A stretch of 64,000 nt of DNA from an uncultured Solirubrobacterales bacterium (GCA_963728755.1 CAVSLI010000001.1:93524-157523); one strand, 5' to 3'. Positions 31,706-42,199 are shown, counted from the stretch's first letter. Numbers and translations are program-made. Notes: a model not told the origin generated them from the letters alone.

Positions 31706-33141
31706 GCTGGACTCCGGTCCGAGGCGAGCAGCTTCTGGAGCAGATCCATGTACTGGAGCAGGCTGCGGGTCTCGAGGAAGTGCTCGACGACGCGCTGGCG
31801 AGCGGCATTGCCGACCTTGGCCGCACGGGCGGGGTCGGATAGGAAGCCGTCGACTGCCCGGGCCACCGCCTCGAGGTCGGTGGGGTCATCAATCAGAATG
31901 CCCGAGACGCCGTCCTCGATCTGGTCCTGGATCCCGCCAACTCTGCTTGCCACCACGGGCCTCTCCTTCCACATCGCCTCCGCGACCGTGAGCCCGAAAC
32001 CTTCGGCGAGACTCTTCTGGAGGATCACGTTCGAGCGCCGCTGGATCGCGTTCACCATCGCCGCGTTCTCCTCGACGTCGTCCATCGGTAAGCGACGCGA
32101 GATGCACTCGCGCCCGCTTCTCGGCAGGCAGCTTCGACGTCGGCGCGTTGACTTCGGCAAGCACCTCGGCCCCCTCCGGGATCGTCGGAGACACCGGCCA
32201 CCGACGGACCGGCCAGCAGCAGATGGGCGCTCTCTGAATTGGCTAATCGGCGAAGCGCCGCAGCACGCCCACCGGGTCCTTGAGCCGGTCCCAGCGTGAG
32301 ACCTGGCTGACCAGCGGGGAGCCGTCGGGGATTGGCCCGTCCTGGATCAGGTCAGCAGTGCGGGTCCGACGCGCGCCTCGCTTCCATCGAAGCGCCTGAA
32401 GAGAGCCCGGCTGATGATGGTCGCCGGCACCGCGTCCGATCGCGCGAGGATCGACCGCACCGCCTCTTGATCGAGGTCCTGATTCTTCGGCGAGAAGACA
32501 TCGATCGAGGGCGGGACGATCCAGACCCGTGTCCGGTCGAGCCCGTCCCAGACGAAGCGCTCGCGCGAGAAGACATAGGCGTCCGCGTCCTGGCACGTAC
32601 GGCCGCAGGAAATCCCAGGCTGCCCGGGTGATGTCTCCAGGCCGGTCCACCCCGATGTGGCAGCGCCAGATCACCTTGACGTTGGCGGACACCACGTGTG
32701 GGACGAGACCGGCTGGCTGCGGGATCGTGGATGTAGACGACGTCGCCGGGCTCGACGAGCTCGACGAGCTCGTCGGCGGCCTCTGCCAGCGCCGCGTCGT
32801 AGACCTTGCGCTCGTCCGGCCCAAGCGGCCCGCCGTCGCCTTCGAATCCGTGCAGGTGGTTGTGGATCCGCTTCGTCACTCGGAAGAAGTCGGGGTTGCC
32901 CGAGATCGTCATCCAGCGCACGTCGGCGCCGGCTCCGCGGGCGTACGCGAGCAGGGAATGCAAGAGCTCTGCAACGCCGCCGCCGCGGGCCGTCGAGTTG
33001 ACGTGCCAGACCACTCGTCCCCGGAGCAGCCTCTCTGGTGGTGGCGATGCCCGCCTCCACCTCGTCGTAGCGGTCGCCGAGCAGCGAGCGAAAGCGCTCG
33101 GGCGTCATCGCCCTGATGGGGACCTCTTCAAGCGCGGCCAT
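31690..33141 (-). pseudogene. GT4 glycosyltransferase of the TreT-like (trehalose synthase-type) family; at least 6 frame breaks; 3' end approximate
   Basis: Conserved blocks scattered over all three minus frames: MAALEEVPIRAMTPERFRSLLGDRYDEVEAGI / VVWHVNSTARGGGVAELLHSLLAYARGAGADVRWMTISGNPDFFRVTKRIHNHLHG / VYIHDPQPAGLVPH..VKVIWRCHIG / LVSQVSRWDRLKDPVGVLRRFA / NVILQKSLAEGFGLTVAEAMWKERPVVASRVGGIQDQIEDGVSGILIDD. Confidence 0.65.
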
Positions 33142-33190
33142 CGACTGGACCCTAGTCTCCGCCGGCGTGCTGCAGCTGCTGCCCCTGGCT

Positions 33191-33207
33191 CTCGCCTAGG
33201 AGGCGAG
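33191..33207 (-). terminator. Hairpin CTCGCCT-AGG-AGGCGAG downstream of the AlgH-like gene
   Basis: 7-bp perfect stem and 3-nt loop between the AlgH stop (33225) and the TreT-like start (33141). No U-tract. Confidence 0.3.
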
Positions 33208-33224
33208 CGACCCGGGCTGATCGC

Positions 33225-33750
33225 TCAGTTAACGGAGGGGTCCGGCGGCATCCGGGCAAGCAGAGCGAACTGGCCGCCCTTTCGCGCCAGGACCTCCGAC
33301 CAGAGATCGCCGTCGCTGAAAGGATCGTCCGGGTGGGAGTCCTCGACGATCCAGGACTCCTGCTCGAGCTCCCCGTCGAGCTGGCCCGCTGCCCAGCCCG
33401 CATAGCCGACGTACACACGCAGCCTGTTGACCTCGGGCGGGTCGTCGAGGTCGACCATCCCGACCGAGCCCACGATCAGCTTCGTCGCCGCTGTCGGATC
33501 GAGGTGGTCGCCTACGGCGGTCACTGCGTTCGGCTGAACCGGGCCGCCGACGTGGATCAGGTGGTCGTCGCCGATCAGCTCCGCCAGCTCGGGCGAAGCC
33601 TCTCCGACGGTCGTCTCGGAGGGCCGGTTGAGCACCAGCCCGAAGGCGCCCTGGTCGGAGTGCTCGACGACCAGGATCACGGTCCGGTGGAAGTAGTCGG
33701 GCATGCTGGGCGAGGCGACCAGCAGCTTCCCGCTCAGGCTCTCGGTCACT
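33225..33750 (-). CDS. YqgE/AlgH family protein (UPF0301)
   Basis: C-terminal part of track ORF 33225..34412; GTG at 33750 gives VTESLSGKLLVASPSMPDYFHRTVILVVEHSDQGAFGLVLNRP...VYVGYAGWAAGQLDGELEQESW. The upstream 220 aa of the long ORF is antisense to the GST-like gene. Confidence 0.8.
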
Positions 33751-33773
33751 GGCTCGGACAATAGGATGCGACC

Positions 33774-34514
33774 ATGGAAATCACCCTCTACGGGATCGGT
33801 CCCTCGGCTCCGACGCGGGCGGCACGCATGATGCTCGACTACAAGGGCCTGGAGTACAAGATGGTCTGGCTCCTGGCGGGAATCCACCCGTTTCTGGTCC
33901 GTACACGCGGCTTCCGCGGAACGACGGTGCCGGCGATGAAGATCGACGGGCACCGTCTCCAGAACTCCCGCGAGATCGCGCAGGCGCTCGATCAGGCGCA
34001 GCCGGAGCCGGCCCTGTTCCCCTCGGATCCCGAGCTCAGGAACGAGGTGGAGGAGGCCGAACGCTGGGGCGAGGAGGAGCTCCAGCAAGTCGCGAGGCGA
34101 ATCATCCGCTGGATGACGGTCCACCGCCCGGAGACGCGTGTGATCATGGCTCGCGACATGGATATCCCCTTCCCGCGGTTCGCCGCCTGGATCAACGCCC
34201 CTTCGGCCCGGCGGCTCGCCAAGGACGTCGACGCTGACCAGCTGATCGGTGAGGCGATCGCGGATGTTCCCAAGGCGTTCGATCACGCGGACGAGCTGAT
34301 CGAGCGTGGCGTGATCGGCGGGGACCAGCCGAATGCCGCGGACTTCCAGGTCGCGACCTCGCTCCGGTCCTTGATGGCGATTCAGGATCTGCGCCCCATG
34401 GTGGACGGCCACCGGGCCGCGGACCTCGCCATGAGCATGATCCCGGAGTACGGGAGTGACTTCCCGTCGGGATTGCTGCCGGCGGAGCGGCTTACGGCGT
34501 CAGAACGATCTTGA
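33774..34514 (+). CDS. Glutathione S-transferase-like (thioredoxin-fold N-domain) protein
   Basis: 246-aa ORF. N-terminal MEITLYGIGPSAPTRAARMML...GTTVPAMKIDGHRLQNSREIAQAL resembles the GST N-domain; helical C-domain. Confidence 0.55.
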   Translation: MEITLYGIGPSAPTRAARMMLDYKGLEYKMVWLLAGIHPFLVRTRGFRGTTVPAMKIDGHRLQNSREIAQALDQAQPEPALFPSDPELRNEVEEAERWGEEELQQVARRIIRWMTVHRPETRVIMARDMDIPFPRFAAWINAPSARRLAKDVDADQLIGEAIADVPKAFDHADELIERGVIGGDQPNAADFQVATSLRSLMAIQDLRPMVDGHRAADLAMSMIPEYGSDFPSGLLPAERLTASERS

Positions 34515-35527
34515 GCGCCTCGCGGTTGTCGTAGGCGCGGTACGCGTCAGCCGCCTCGTCGAGCTTCATGTGGTGGGTGACCAGCGGAGCCGGGTCGAGA
34601 TCGCCCGCCGCAAGCAGCTCGAGCACGGGATCGACGTGCTTGATCACGTTGGCGTGGCCGCTGGTCAGGGTGAGCGCCTTGATCCAGAGGACGCCCATGT
34701 GCACCTCGGTCTTCTCCGCGTAGACCCCGGTGACCGACACGGTCCCGGCCTTGCGGGCCAGCCGCAGTGCGAGGTCGAGCGCGTCCGGATGGCCGACGGC
34801 ATCGACGGCCAGGTCCACCCCACGGCCCTCGGTCAGCTTCTTGACCTCCGCTCGGGGGTCCTGCTCGGTGAGGTGGACAGACGTCGCGCCGAAAGACTCG
34901 GCCATCTTCAGGCGGTCCTCGACCGTGTCGATCGCGATCACCTCGGCGGCGCCGGCGGCCTTCGCTGCCTGCACCGCGCAGAGCCCGACCGGGCCCATCC
35001 CGAGGATGGCGGCAGTCTCGCCCTCCGCCAGCGGGCGCGAGGCGACCGCGTGGTACGCGGTCCCCATCACGTCGCCGGCGAACAGGGCGACGTCATCGGT
35101 CAGTCCGTCTGGGACGTTGCGGAGCGTTAGGTTCGCGTGGGGCACCAGGAGCAGCTCCGCCTGCGCGCCCTGGAGCGAGCCGAGCGTCTTGCCGTGGCCG
35201 AAGACGCGCGCCTCATCGCACTTGTGGAACTCCTCGCGCTTGCAGAAGAAACACTCCCCGCAGGCGGTCCCGTAGGTGCCCAGGACGCGGTCACCCACCG
35301 CGACCCTGCTCACGTCCTCGCCCGCGGCGACCACCTCGCCGACGAACTCGTGGCCGATCACGAAGCCGGGCTCGATCTCGCACCCGCCCGTGGTAGATGT
35401 GGAGGTCCGAGCCGCAGATGCCGCTCGCCTGGACCCGGACGATCGCGTCGTCCGGCGCGAGCAGCTCGGGCTCGGCAACCTCGTCGACCTGGACTTCCCC
35501 GGGCGCCTGGAAGGTGACCGCTCTCAC
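34492..35527 (-). pseudogene. Zinc-dependent alcohol/formaldehyde dehydrogenase (MDR family); one frame break near 35381
   Basis: N-terminus MRAVTFQAPGEVQVDEVAEPEL...VQASGICGSDLHIYHGR in track ORF 35291..35527. Remainder EIEPGFVIGHEFVGEVV...GTACGECFFCKREEFHKC...ILGMGPVGLCAV in ORF 34492..35478. One extra C at the junction. Confidence 0.85.
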
Positions 35528-35569
35528 GGACGCAGCGTATAGACGCGTTCCGCATAAGATCGACGTGCG

Positions 35570-36424
35570 ATGGGGATCGAGAAGTCACGGCCGGTGCTGA
35601 TCACGGGCTGCTCGACCGGAATCGGCCGTGCGACGGCCGAGCGACTGGCGGACGAGGGCTACAACGTGCACGCCACCGCCCGTCGCCCCGAGTCGATCGA
35701 GGACCTCGCGGAGCGCGGCATGAAGACGCACGCGCTCGACGTCACCGATGAGCACTCCATGGAGTCGGCGGTGGCAGAGGTCGAGAGGGAGGGACCGGTC
35801 GGCGCCCTGGTCAACAACGCCGGGTACAGCCAGAGCGGCGCGATCGAGACGATCCCGATGTCGAGCGTCCGAAAGCAGTTCGAGACCAACGTGTTCGGGC
35901 TGATCCGCATGTGCCAACTGGTGCTCCCCGGGATGCGCAAGGCAGGCTCGGGCCGGATCGTGAACCTGAGCTCGATGGGGGGCAAGCTCACCTTCCCGGG
36001 CGGGGGCATCTACCACGCCACCAAGCACGCGGTCGAGGCACTCTCGGATGCCCTGCGCTTCGAGGTCCACGAGTTCGGCATCGACGTGGCGATCATCGAG
36101 CCGGGGCTGATCGTCACCGAGTTCGGCGAGACCGCAGCGGGCAGCCTGGCCGAGGTGGAGGAGCACGGTCCCTACGCGAAGTTCAACACGGACGTCGCGA
36201 CGGTGACCGCGAACGCCTACAAGGGTCCGATGGCGAAGCTGGGTGCCGGTCCCGAGGCCGTGGCGCAGAAGATCTCCAAGGCGCTGTCAGCGAACCGCCC
36301 GAACACCCGCTACAAGGTGACGCCCTCGGCCAAGGTCGTGATGGGCATGCGCCGGCTGATGACCGACCGGATGTGGGATCGCTTCGTGCGCTCGCAGTAC
36401 CCGCCGCCGAAGCCGGAGGCCTGA
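35570..36424 (+). CDS. Short-chain dehydrogenase/reductase
   Basis: 284-aa ORF. TGCSTGIGRA cofactor motif, NNAG, catalytic YHATKHAVE. Confidence 0.88.
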   Translation: MGIEKSRPVLITGCSTGIGRATAERLADEGYNVHATARRPESIEDLAERGMKTHALDVTDEHSMESAVAEVEREGPVGALVNNAGYSQSGAIETIPMSSVRKQFETNVFGLIRMCQLVLPGMRKAGSGRIVNLSSMGGKLTFPGGGIYHATKHAVEALSDALRFEVHEFGIDVAIIEPGLIVTEFGETAAGSLAEVEEHGPYAKFNTDVATVTANAYKGPMAKLGAGPEAVAQKISKALSANRPNTRYKVTPSAKVVMGMRRLMTDRMWDRFVRSQYPPPKPEA

Positions 36425-36427
36425 GCG

Positions 36428-36991
36428 GTGTCCCGGGCGCTCCTGATCATCGACTTCCAGAACGACTTCACGGCCGGCGGGGCTCTCGAGGTGCCGGGTG
36501 GGGACGAGATCGCCGAGCCGGTCAAGCGACTGGCCGACGATTTCGACCACGTGATCGCGACACGGGACTGGCACCCGCCGGACCACGCCTCCTTCGAGAC
36601 CGAGGGTGGCCCGTGGCCGGTGCACTGCGTCAGGGGCACCCATGGTGCAGAGCTCCACCCGGCCATGCATGACATCGAGCTCGACGCGGTCGTCGACGTG
36701 GGGGCGGAGCGCGAGGACGAGGGCTACTCCGGCTTTGAGAAGTCGAAGCTCGCCGAGATGCTCCGCGAGCGAAGCGTCGACGAGGTCGCCATCGTGGGGC
36801 TCGCGACCGATTACTGCGTGCGGGCCTCGGCGATCGACGCCTGCCGCGAGGGGCTGGACACGGCCGTGGCCACCGACGCCATTCGGGCCGTCGACGTCAA
36901 CCCAGGCGATGGCGACCGCGCTCTCGAGGACATGCAGCGGGCCGGCGCCAAGCTGACGACGTCTCACGAGCTCTCGCCCGCGGCCCGGTGA
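36428..36991 (+). CDS. pncA: Isochorismatase-family hydrolase, nicotinamidase/pyrazinamidase-like
   Basis: 187-aa ORF, GTG start. LLIIDFQNDF (catalytic Asp region), metal-site-like TRDWHPPDHASF, catalytic Cys in GLATDYCV. Confidence 0.75.
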   Translation: MSRALLIIDFQNDFTAGGALEVPGGDEIAEPVKRLADDFDHVIATRDWHPPDHASFETEGGPWPVHCVRGTHGAELHPAMHDIELDAVVDVGAEREDEGYSGFEKSKLAEMLRERSVDEVAIVGLATDYCVRASAIDACREGLDTAVATDAIRAVDVNPGDGDRALEDMQRAGAKLTTSHELSPAAR

Positions 36992-38007
36992 GCCCGCGGG
37001 CTCGGGGCTCCGCGCTGGAGGCGCTGAGCGACGAGGAGCGGCGCGAGCTCCGACGCAGCCCCCAGCCTCACTGGATCGAGCCGATGAAGGCCGTCCTGCA
37101 CGACCGTGCGTTCTCCGATCCCGACTGGATCTACGAACGCAAGCTCGACGGAGAGCGCTGCCTGGCGTACCGGACGCCTAACGGCGTCCGGCTCCGCTCC
37201 CGCACGGACAAACTGCTCAACAACACCTACCCCGAGCTGGTGGAGGCGCTGGAGCGCGAGGCGTCGCCGGAGTTCGTGGTGGACGGGGAGATCGTCGCCT
37301 TCAGAAACGGAATTCCCAGCTTCTCCCGACTGCAGGGCCGGCTGGGCATCGCCGACCCGGAGCGCGCGAGGCGCACCGGCATCTCCGTCTTCTACTACCT
37401 GTTCGACATCCCCCACCTCGAGGGCTACGAGGTGACCGCCCTGCCGGTGCGGACGCGCAAGCGGGTGCTGCGGGGCGCGCTCGACTTCCAAGGGCACCTC
37501 CGCTTCCTGCCTCACCGTAACCGCGATGGGGAGAAGCTCTATATGGACGCCTGCCGCAGGGGACTCGAGGGGCTGATCGCGAAGCGGGCCGAGAGCCGCT
37601 ACAGCGGGAAGCGGTCAACCGACTGGCTGAAGCTCAAGTGCTCGCACGAGCAGGAGCTCGTGATCGGCGGCTTCACGGCGCCGCAGGGAAAGCGCACCGA
37701 CTTCGGCGCGCTGCTCGTGGGCTACTACGAGGACGGGAATCTCCGGTACGCCGGGAAGGTGGGAACCGGGTTCGCCCAGCGGACTCTGACGGAGCTGGGC
37801 GAGCGGATGCGGAGACTGGAGCGCCCGGATCCACCCTTCGCGGACGTTCACCCCGTTCCGAAGGGCACCCACTGGATAGAGCCGAACCTGGTCGGGCAGT
37901 TCGCCTTCAGCGAGTGGACCCACGACGGCCGCCTGCGCCACCCGCGCTACCTCGGGCTGCGCGACGACAAGCGACCCGAAGATGTGGTCAGAGAGCGTCC
38001 GCAGTGA
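36988..38007 (+). CDS. ATP-dependent DNA ligase (stand-alone LigC / LigD-ligase-domain type)
   Basis: 339-aa ORF overlapping the pncA stop by 4 nt. Adenylation motif I YERKLDGERC, OB-fold C-terminus. No polymerase or phosphoesterase domains. Confidence 0.88.
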   Translation: MSPRARGSALEALSDEERRELRRSPQPHWIEPMKAVLHDRAFSDPDWIYERKLDGERCLAYRTPNGVRLRSRTDKLLNNTYPELVEALEREASPEFVVDGEIVAFRNGIPSFSRLQGRLGIADPERARRTGISVFYYLFDIPHLEGYEVTALPVRTRKRVLRGALDFQGHLRFLPHRNRDGEKLYMDACRRGLEGLIAKRAESRYSGKRSTDWLKLKCSHEQELVIGGFTAPQGKRTDFGALLVGYYEDGNLRYAGKVGTGFAQRTLTELGERMRRLERPDPPFADVHPVPKGTHWIEPNLVGQFAFSEWTHDGRLRHPRYLGLRDDKRPEDVVRERPQ

Positions 38008-38860
38008 GCTGACGCTCGTACGGGCCGTGGCCGGTGAGGCAGACCGCCCCGGCCCGGGCGGCTAGGGCGAGCGCCCCGTCGGGATCCATGCCCTGCGCGA
38101 GCGCGAAGGTGAGGGCGGCGGCAAACGAGTCGCCGGCTCCGTAGGTATCGGCGATCGGGCCGGGGAGCGGCGCGGAAGCCCAGGTGCCCCGCTGGCCCTG
38201 CGCAGTCTCGTATCGCCCTCCCTCGGCACCCCGGGTGGCGACCAATAGCGTGGGCGCCGGGTCAAGCGCCCTCGCGAACGCGGTCTCGAACTCGTCGTTG
38301 TCGCTGTAGACGAGGGCGTCCAGGCGCACGCCCTCCTGATGGAGCACCCGGCCGGTTCGCGGAGAGGCGACGAGGACACCCGCGGCGCGAGCGGCGTGCA
38401 GGGCCTCGCCGTCGGCGGCGGTCAGGTAGACGCCGTCGACGTGGCGCAGCGCGCCCCAGTCGAGGTCGTCGTGGCCGCGCGGCGCGAGGCGCTCGCCGAT
38501 CGTGATGATCGTGCGCTCCCCGTGGGAGTCGAGAAAGGTGAGTCCCCGCCGGGTCGGCCCCTCACGAATCGTGTCCCGCACCGTCGCGCCGAGCTCCGCC
38601 AGCCGCGCACGCGTGCGCCGCGCGAGCTCATCGTCGCCAAGCGCTGTGAAGAAGGTCGCGCCCCCCGCAAGCCGGGCGAGCTGGACCGCCGCGACCGCGC
38701 CGCCTCCCGCCGGCTCCTCGAAGCTGTCGTGCGCGTGCACGATCTCACCGGCGGCGGGCACGTGGTCGCCGCGCACGAACTCGATCCACTCGGTGTGTCC
38801 GACGGCTGCTACGCGCACCGGCCGGGATTCTCGCGGCTGCGACGGCTCCCACGCCGCCAA
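37988..38860 (-). CDS. PfkB family carbohydrate kinase
   Basis: 290-aa ORF. C-terminal ATP motif DTYGAGDSFAAAL; ribokinase-like fold. Confidence 0.8.
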   Translation of the reverse strand: MAAWEPSQPRESRPVRVAAVGHTEWIEFVRGDHVPAAGEIVHAHDSFEEPAGGGAVAAVQLARLAGGATFFTALGDDELARRTRARLAELGATVRDTIREGPTRRGLTFLDSHGERTIITIGERLAPRGHDDLDWGALRHVDGVYLTAADGEALHAARAAGVLVASPRTGRVLHQEGVRLDALVYSDNDEFETAFARALDPAPTLLVATRGAEGGRYETAQGQRGTWASAPLPGPIADTYGAGDSFAAALTFALAQGMDPDGALALAARAGAVCLTGHGPYERQLTADAL

Positions 38861-38938
38861 CGGGATCCGACCGCGGCCCGGAACTCCCGGTAATCCGAAC
38901 CTCTACCTTATTTTCAGTAAAGGCGTAGCCTTTCGTGG

Positions 38939-40552
38939 GTGGAGAGCGCAGTGCAACCGGACTTTCGCACGCTTTTCGAGGCGGCCCCCGGCCTCTTTCT
39001 GGTCCTGGATCCGGAGCTCCGGATAGTTGCTGCGAGCGACGCCTACCTCGACGCGACGATGACCCAGCGCGAGGAGATCATCGGGCGCGGCATCTTCGAT
39101 GTCTTCCCCGACAACCCCGAAGACCCCCAGGCAACGGGTGTGAGCAACCTCTCGGCGTCACTCGACCGCGTCCGCCGGCAGCGACTGCCCGACACGATGG
39201 CAGTCCAGAAGTACGACATCCAGAGGCCGGAGGACCAGGGCGGCGGTTTCGAGGAGCGCTACTGGAGCCCTCGGAACACGCCGGTGCTGAACGAGTTGGG
39301 TGACCTCGTCTACATCGTCCACCGAGTCGAGGATATGACCGAGTTCGTCCTGCTCGCTGACTGCTTCACTGAGCAGGAGGCGGAGATCTTCCTCCGTACC
39401 CAGGAGCTCCAGGAGCTCAATGGGCAGCTCCAGTCGGCGAACAGGGCGAAGAACGAGTTCCTCTCCCGGATGAGCCACGAGCTGCGCACCCCCCTGGCGG
39501 CCATCATGGGCTTCAGCGAGCTTTTCGCGCTCGCGGACCTGGACGAGCAGAAGCGCGAATGGGCGGCGACGATCCTGCGGGCGGGCCGGCACCTGGTCCA
39601 GCTCGTCGACGAGGTCCTCGACATCTCGCGCATCGAGGCCGGCGAGATCTCGCTCTCGGTCGAGCCGGTGGCGGTCGCGCCGCTGCTTGCCGACGCGATG
39701 GAGCTGATCGAGCCGATGGCGGAGAGGAGGCGGATCACCCTTCACCCACCCCGGATCGAGGACGGGAGCGGTTACTCCCAGGCCGACCGCCAGCGGCTCG
39801 AGCAGGTGATGATCAACCTGCTCTCGAATGCGGTGAAGTACAACCGCGAGGGCGGCGACGTCAGGGTGTCGGTCGAAGCGATCGGCTCGGATCGCGTCCG
39901 GATCGCGGTGAGCGACACCGGTGAGGGGATCGATGCGGACTCGCTGGAGAAGCTCTTCACGCCCTTCGAGCGTCTCAACGCGAGGGCCGACGTCGAGGGG
40001 ACCGGCCTGGGCCTGGCTCTCTCGCGAAGGCTGGTCGAGGCGATGGGAGGAACGCTGACGGTGAGCAGCACGCCGGGCGAGGGCAGCACCTTCACGGTCG
40101 AGCTGGGCAGGGGCGAGCCGGTCGCGGTCGCAACCGCACCCCGCGATGACGCCAGGCTGCTCGCCGCACGGGCCTATGACCGCGAGCGCCGGCTCCTCTA
40201 CGTCGAGGACACAGTCACCAACATCCGCCTGGTCGAGGAGATCCTGAGCTCGCGGCCGAGCGTCCGCGTGCTGCCGGCCGGGATGGGCTCGCTCGGGCTC
40301 GAGCTGGCAAGCGAGCATCGCCCTGATCTCATCCTGCTCGACCTGCACCTGCCCGACATCGGGGGCGGCGAGGTCCTCGCGCGGCTGCGCGCGGACGAGC
40401 GGACCAGGGACATCCCGGTGGTCGTGCTCAGCGCAGACGCGACCGAATGCACGCCCGGCCCGCTGCTCGAGGCGGGGGCGCAGGCCTACCTGACCAAGCC
40501 GATCGGCGCCCGGGAGCTGCTCGAGGTGGTCGACACCTACGTCGCGGACTAA
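38939..40552 (+). CDS. PAS-domain hybrid sensor histidine kinase with C-terminal receiver
   Basis: 537-aa ORF. N-terminal PAS, H-box [13 protein letters not shown] boxes ([25 protein letters not shown]), receiver [14 protein letters not shown]...KP. Confidence 0.88.
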   Translation: MESAVQPDFRTLFEAAPGLFLVLDPELRIVAASDAYLDATMTQREEIIGRGIFDVFPDNPEDPQATGVSNLSASLDRVRRQRLPDTMAVQKYDIQRPEDQGGGFEERYWSPRNTPVLNELGDLVYIVHRVEDMTEFVLLADCFTEQEAEIFLRTQELQELNGQLQSANRAKNEFLSRMSHELRTPLAAIMGFSELFALADLDEQKREWAATILRAGRHLVQLVDEVLDISRIEAGEISLSVEPVAVAPLLADAMELIEPMAERRRITLHPPRIEDGSGYSQADRQRLEQVMINLLSNAVKYNREGGDVRVSVEAIGSDRVRIAVSDTGEGIDADSLEKLFTPFERLNARADVEGTGLGLALSRRLVEAMGGTLTVSSTPGEGSTFTVELGRGEPVAVATAPRDDARLLAARAYDRERRLLYVEDTVTNIRLVEEILSSRPSVRVLPAGMGSLGLELASEHRPDLILLDLHLPDIGGGEVLARLRADERTRDIPVVVLSADATECTPGPLLEAGAQAYLTKPIGARELLEVVDTYVAD

Positions 40553-40555
40553 CCG

Positions 40556-42199
40556 CTATCCGACCGGAGCGAGCCGGCCCTCCGCGACCGTGGTGGCGGC
40601 CTCGCCGCTGCGCATGTGCCCAGTGACCGCGCCGATGAAATGCGGGCGATCCAGGGCGAGCAGACTGCAACCGGCCAGGGCGATGACCGTCGCCGTCCGA
40701 GGCATGTCGTGGAGCAGGGCGATCTCCCCGAAGCACTCGCCGGCGCCCTGGTTGTGGCGAAAAACGCCGTCGATGCGGATCTCCACCTCGCCCCCGGCGA
40801 TCAGGTAGAACCGCTTGCCCGGCTCTCCCTGCGTGACGATCTCCTCGCCCGGAGCTGGATCGACGGCGACGAGGTCATGGCTGAGGCGCTCCAGCGTGTC
40901 CATCGGCAGCGGAGCGAAGATCGGGTGATCGCGAAGCAGCCGGAAATGGTCCTCCTCGACCGGGGCGCCGATCTCCATGGCGCGCAGGGCGGACCAGCGG
41001 GCGAGCGCAAACGCAGGGAGAATCGCGGCGATCGCGATTACCGTGCCCCGCACGTCCAGCAACGCGATCAGACCGGGGACAGCGATGGAGCCGAGCGCCA
41101 TGGACCCGAACCTGGAGGACTCGAGGAAGGCGAGGGCTCGCGCCAGCGTCTCGTCGGAGCCCAGCCGCTGGAGCAGCGTCCGGGCCGCGACCTCGACGAA
41201 CGTGTAACCGGCACCCATGCCGAGCCAGGCGAGGTAAGCGGCGACGGCCGCCACCCACAGACCCGGCAGAGCCAGCGAAGCCCCGGCGAGCAGGCAGCCG
41301 AGCGCAAGCCCGGCGGCAAGCTGGCCTCGATGGAGGAGGAGGGCGAGGGCGCCGCCCCCGAGCAGCGCCCCGATTCCCCAGGCCGCGTTCAGATAGCCCA
41401 CCGTTCCTTGGCCGAGGCCGAGCAGGTCCAGGGCGATGATCACGGCGAGGACATCCGCGGCGCCCTCGAAGAAGAGCAGCAGCGTCAACGCGACCCCGAC
41501 GAGCCGCAGCCTCGCGTCGGAGAGCAGCGACCGCGCCCCCCTCCCGATCTCGGCGAGCACCGTGCCCGATGTCTCAATCACGTATGCGGGACGCTCGTCG
41601 CGGCTCAGGGCGACCAGAAAGAGAGCCGAGACCAGCCCGGCGATCGCGGCCATCCCGAAGACGGCCTGCGGGCTGGCCACCGCCAGCAACAGCCCGCTCG
41701 CGATGCCGGCGGCCAGGAAGCCGACGTTGTCCATCGCGCTGTGGGCGACGTTCGCCGCCGAGAGCTCCTGCGGCGTGCGAGCCACCAGCGGCATCAGAGC
41801 GCCCTCCGCCGGGACGTAGGGACAGACCGCGACGGTCGAGAGCCCGGCTAGGACGAACACCACGCTCACCGGAGCGTCCAGAGCCGCGGCGGCTGTGGCA
41901 CCACCGACCAGCGCGGCGTTGCCAAGCGCGCTGACGATGAGCACCGCCCGCCTCGAGGATCGATCGCCGATCAATCCGCCGAACGGTGCAGCAAGGGCGC
42001 CCGGCAGGAGGCGCACGAGTCCCGCGACGCCCACCGCGGTTGCGCCGCTGGCGTCGAAGGCGTACACGCCCAGCGCGATCGCGAACGACCAGATCGCGAG
42101 CGATTCGGCGGCCCAGGAGAGCTGCAGCCGCCGCATCTCCGGGTTGCTGAAGACGACAGCCACCGCTCGCAGCGACCGCCGCAGAGCGTCGTTGCTCAC
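40556..42199 (-). CDS. MFS transporter fused to a C-terminal cyclic-nucleotide-binding domain
   Basis: 547-aa intact ORF. About 12 TM helices, then PIFAPLPMDTLERL...GECFGEIALLHDMPRTATVIA (canonical cNMP phosphate-binding cassette). Confidence 0.85.
   Translation of the reverse strand: MSNDALRRSLRAVAVVFSNPEMRRLQLSWAAESLAIWSFAIALGVYAFDASGATAVGVAGLVRLLPGALAAPFGGLIGDRSSRRAVLIVSALGNAALVGGATAAAALDAPVSVVFVLAGLSTVAVCPYVPAEGALMPLVARTPQELSAANVAHSAMDNVGFLAAGIASGLLLAVASPQAVFGMAAIAGLVSALFLVALSRDERPAYVIETSGTVLAEIGRGARSLLSDARLRLVGVALTLLLFFEGAADVLAVIIALDLLGLGQGTVGYLNAAWGIGALLGGGALALLLHRGQLAAGLALGCLLAGASLALPGLWVAAVAAYLAWLGMGAGYTFVEVAARTLLQRLGSDETLARALAFLESSRFGSMALGSIAVPGLIALLDVRGTVIAIAAILPAFALARWSALRAMEIGAPVEEDHFRLLRDHPIFAPLPMDTLERLSHDLVAVDPAPGEEIVTQGEPGKRFYLIAGGEVEIRIDGVFRHNQGAGECFGEIALLHDMPRTATVIALAGCSLLALDRPHFIGAVTGHMRSGEAATTVAEGRLAPVG

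Noticed and set aside
31432-32299. Plus-strand ORFs 31432..31842 and 31445..32299 read as one long anti-sigma protein with an extracytoplasmic domain
   Set aside because: Beyond about 31700 the plus-strand translation is low-complexity. The region is the antisense of clearly recognisable GT4/TreT-like blocks (NVILQKSLAEGFGLTVAEAMW...).
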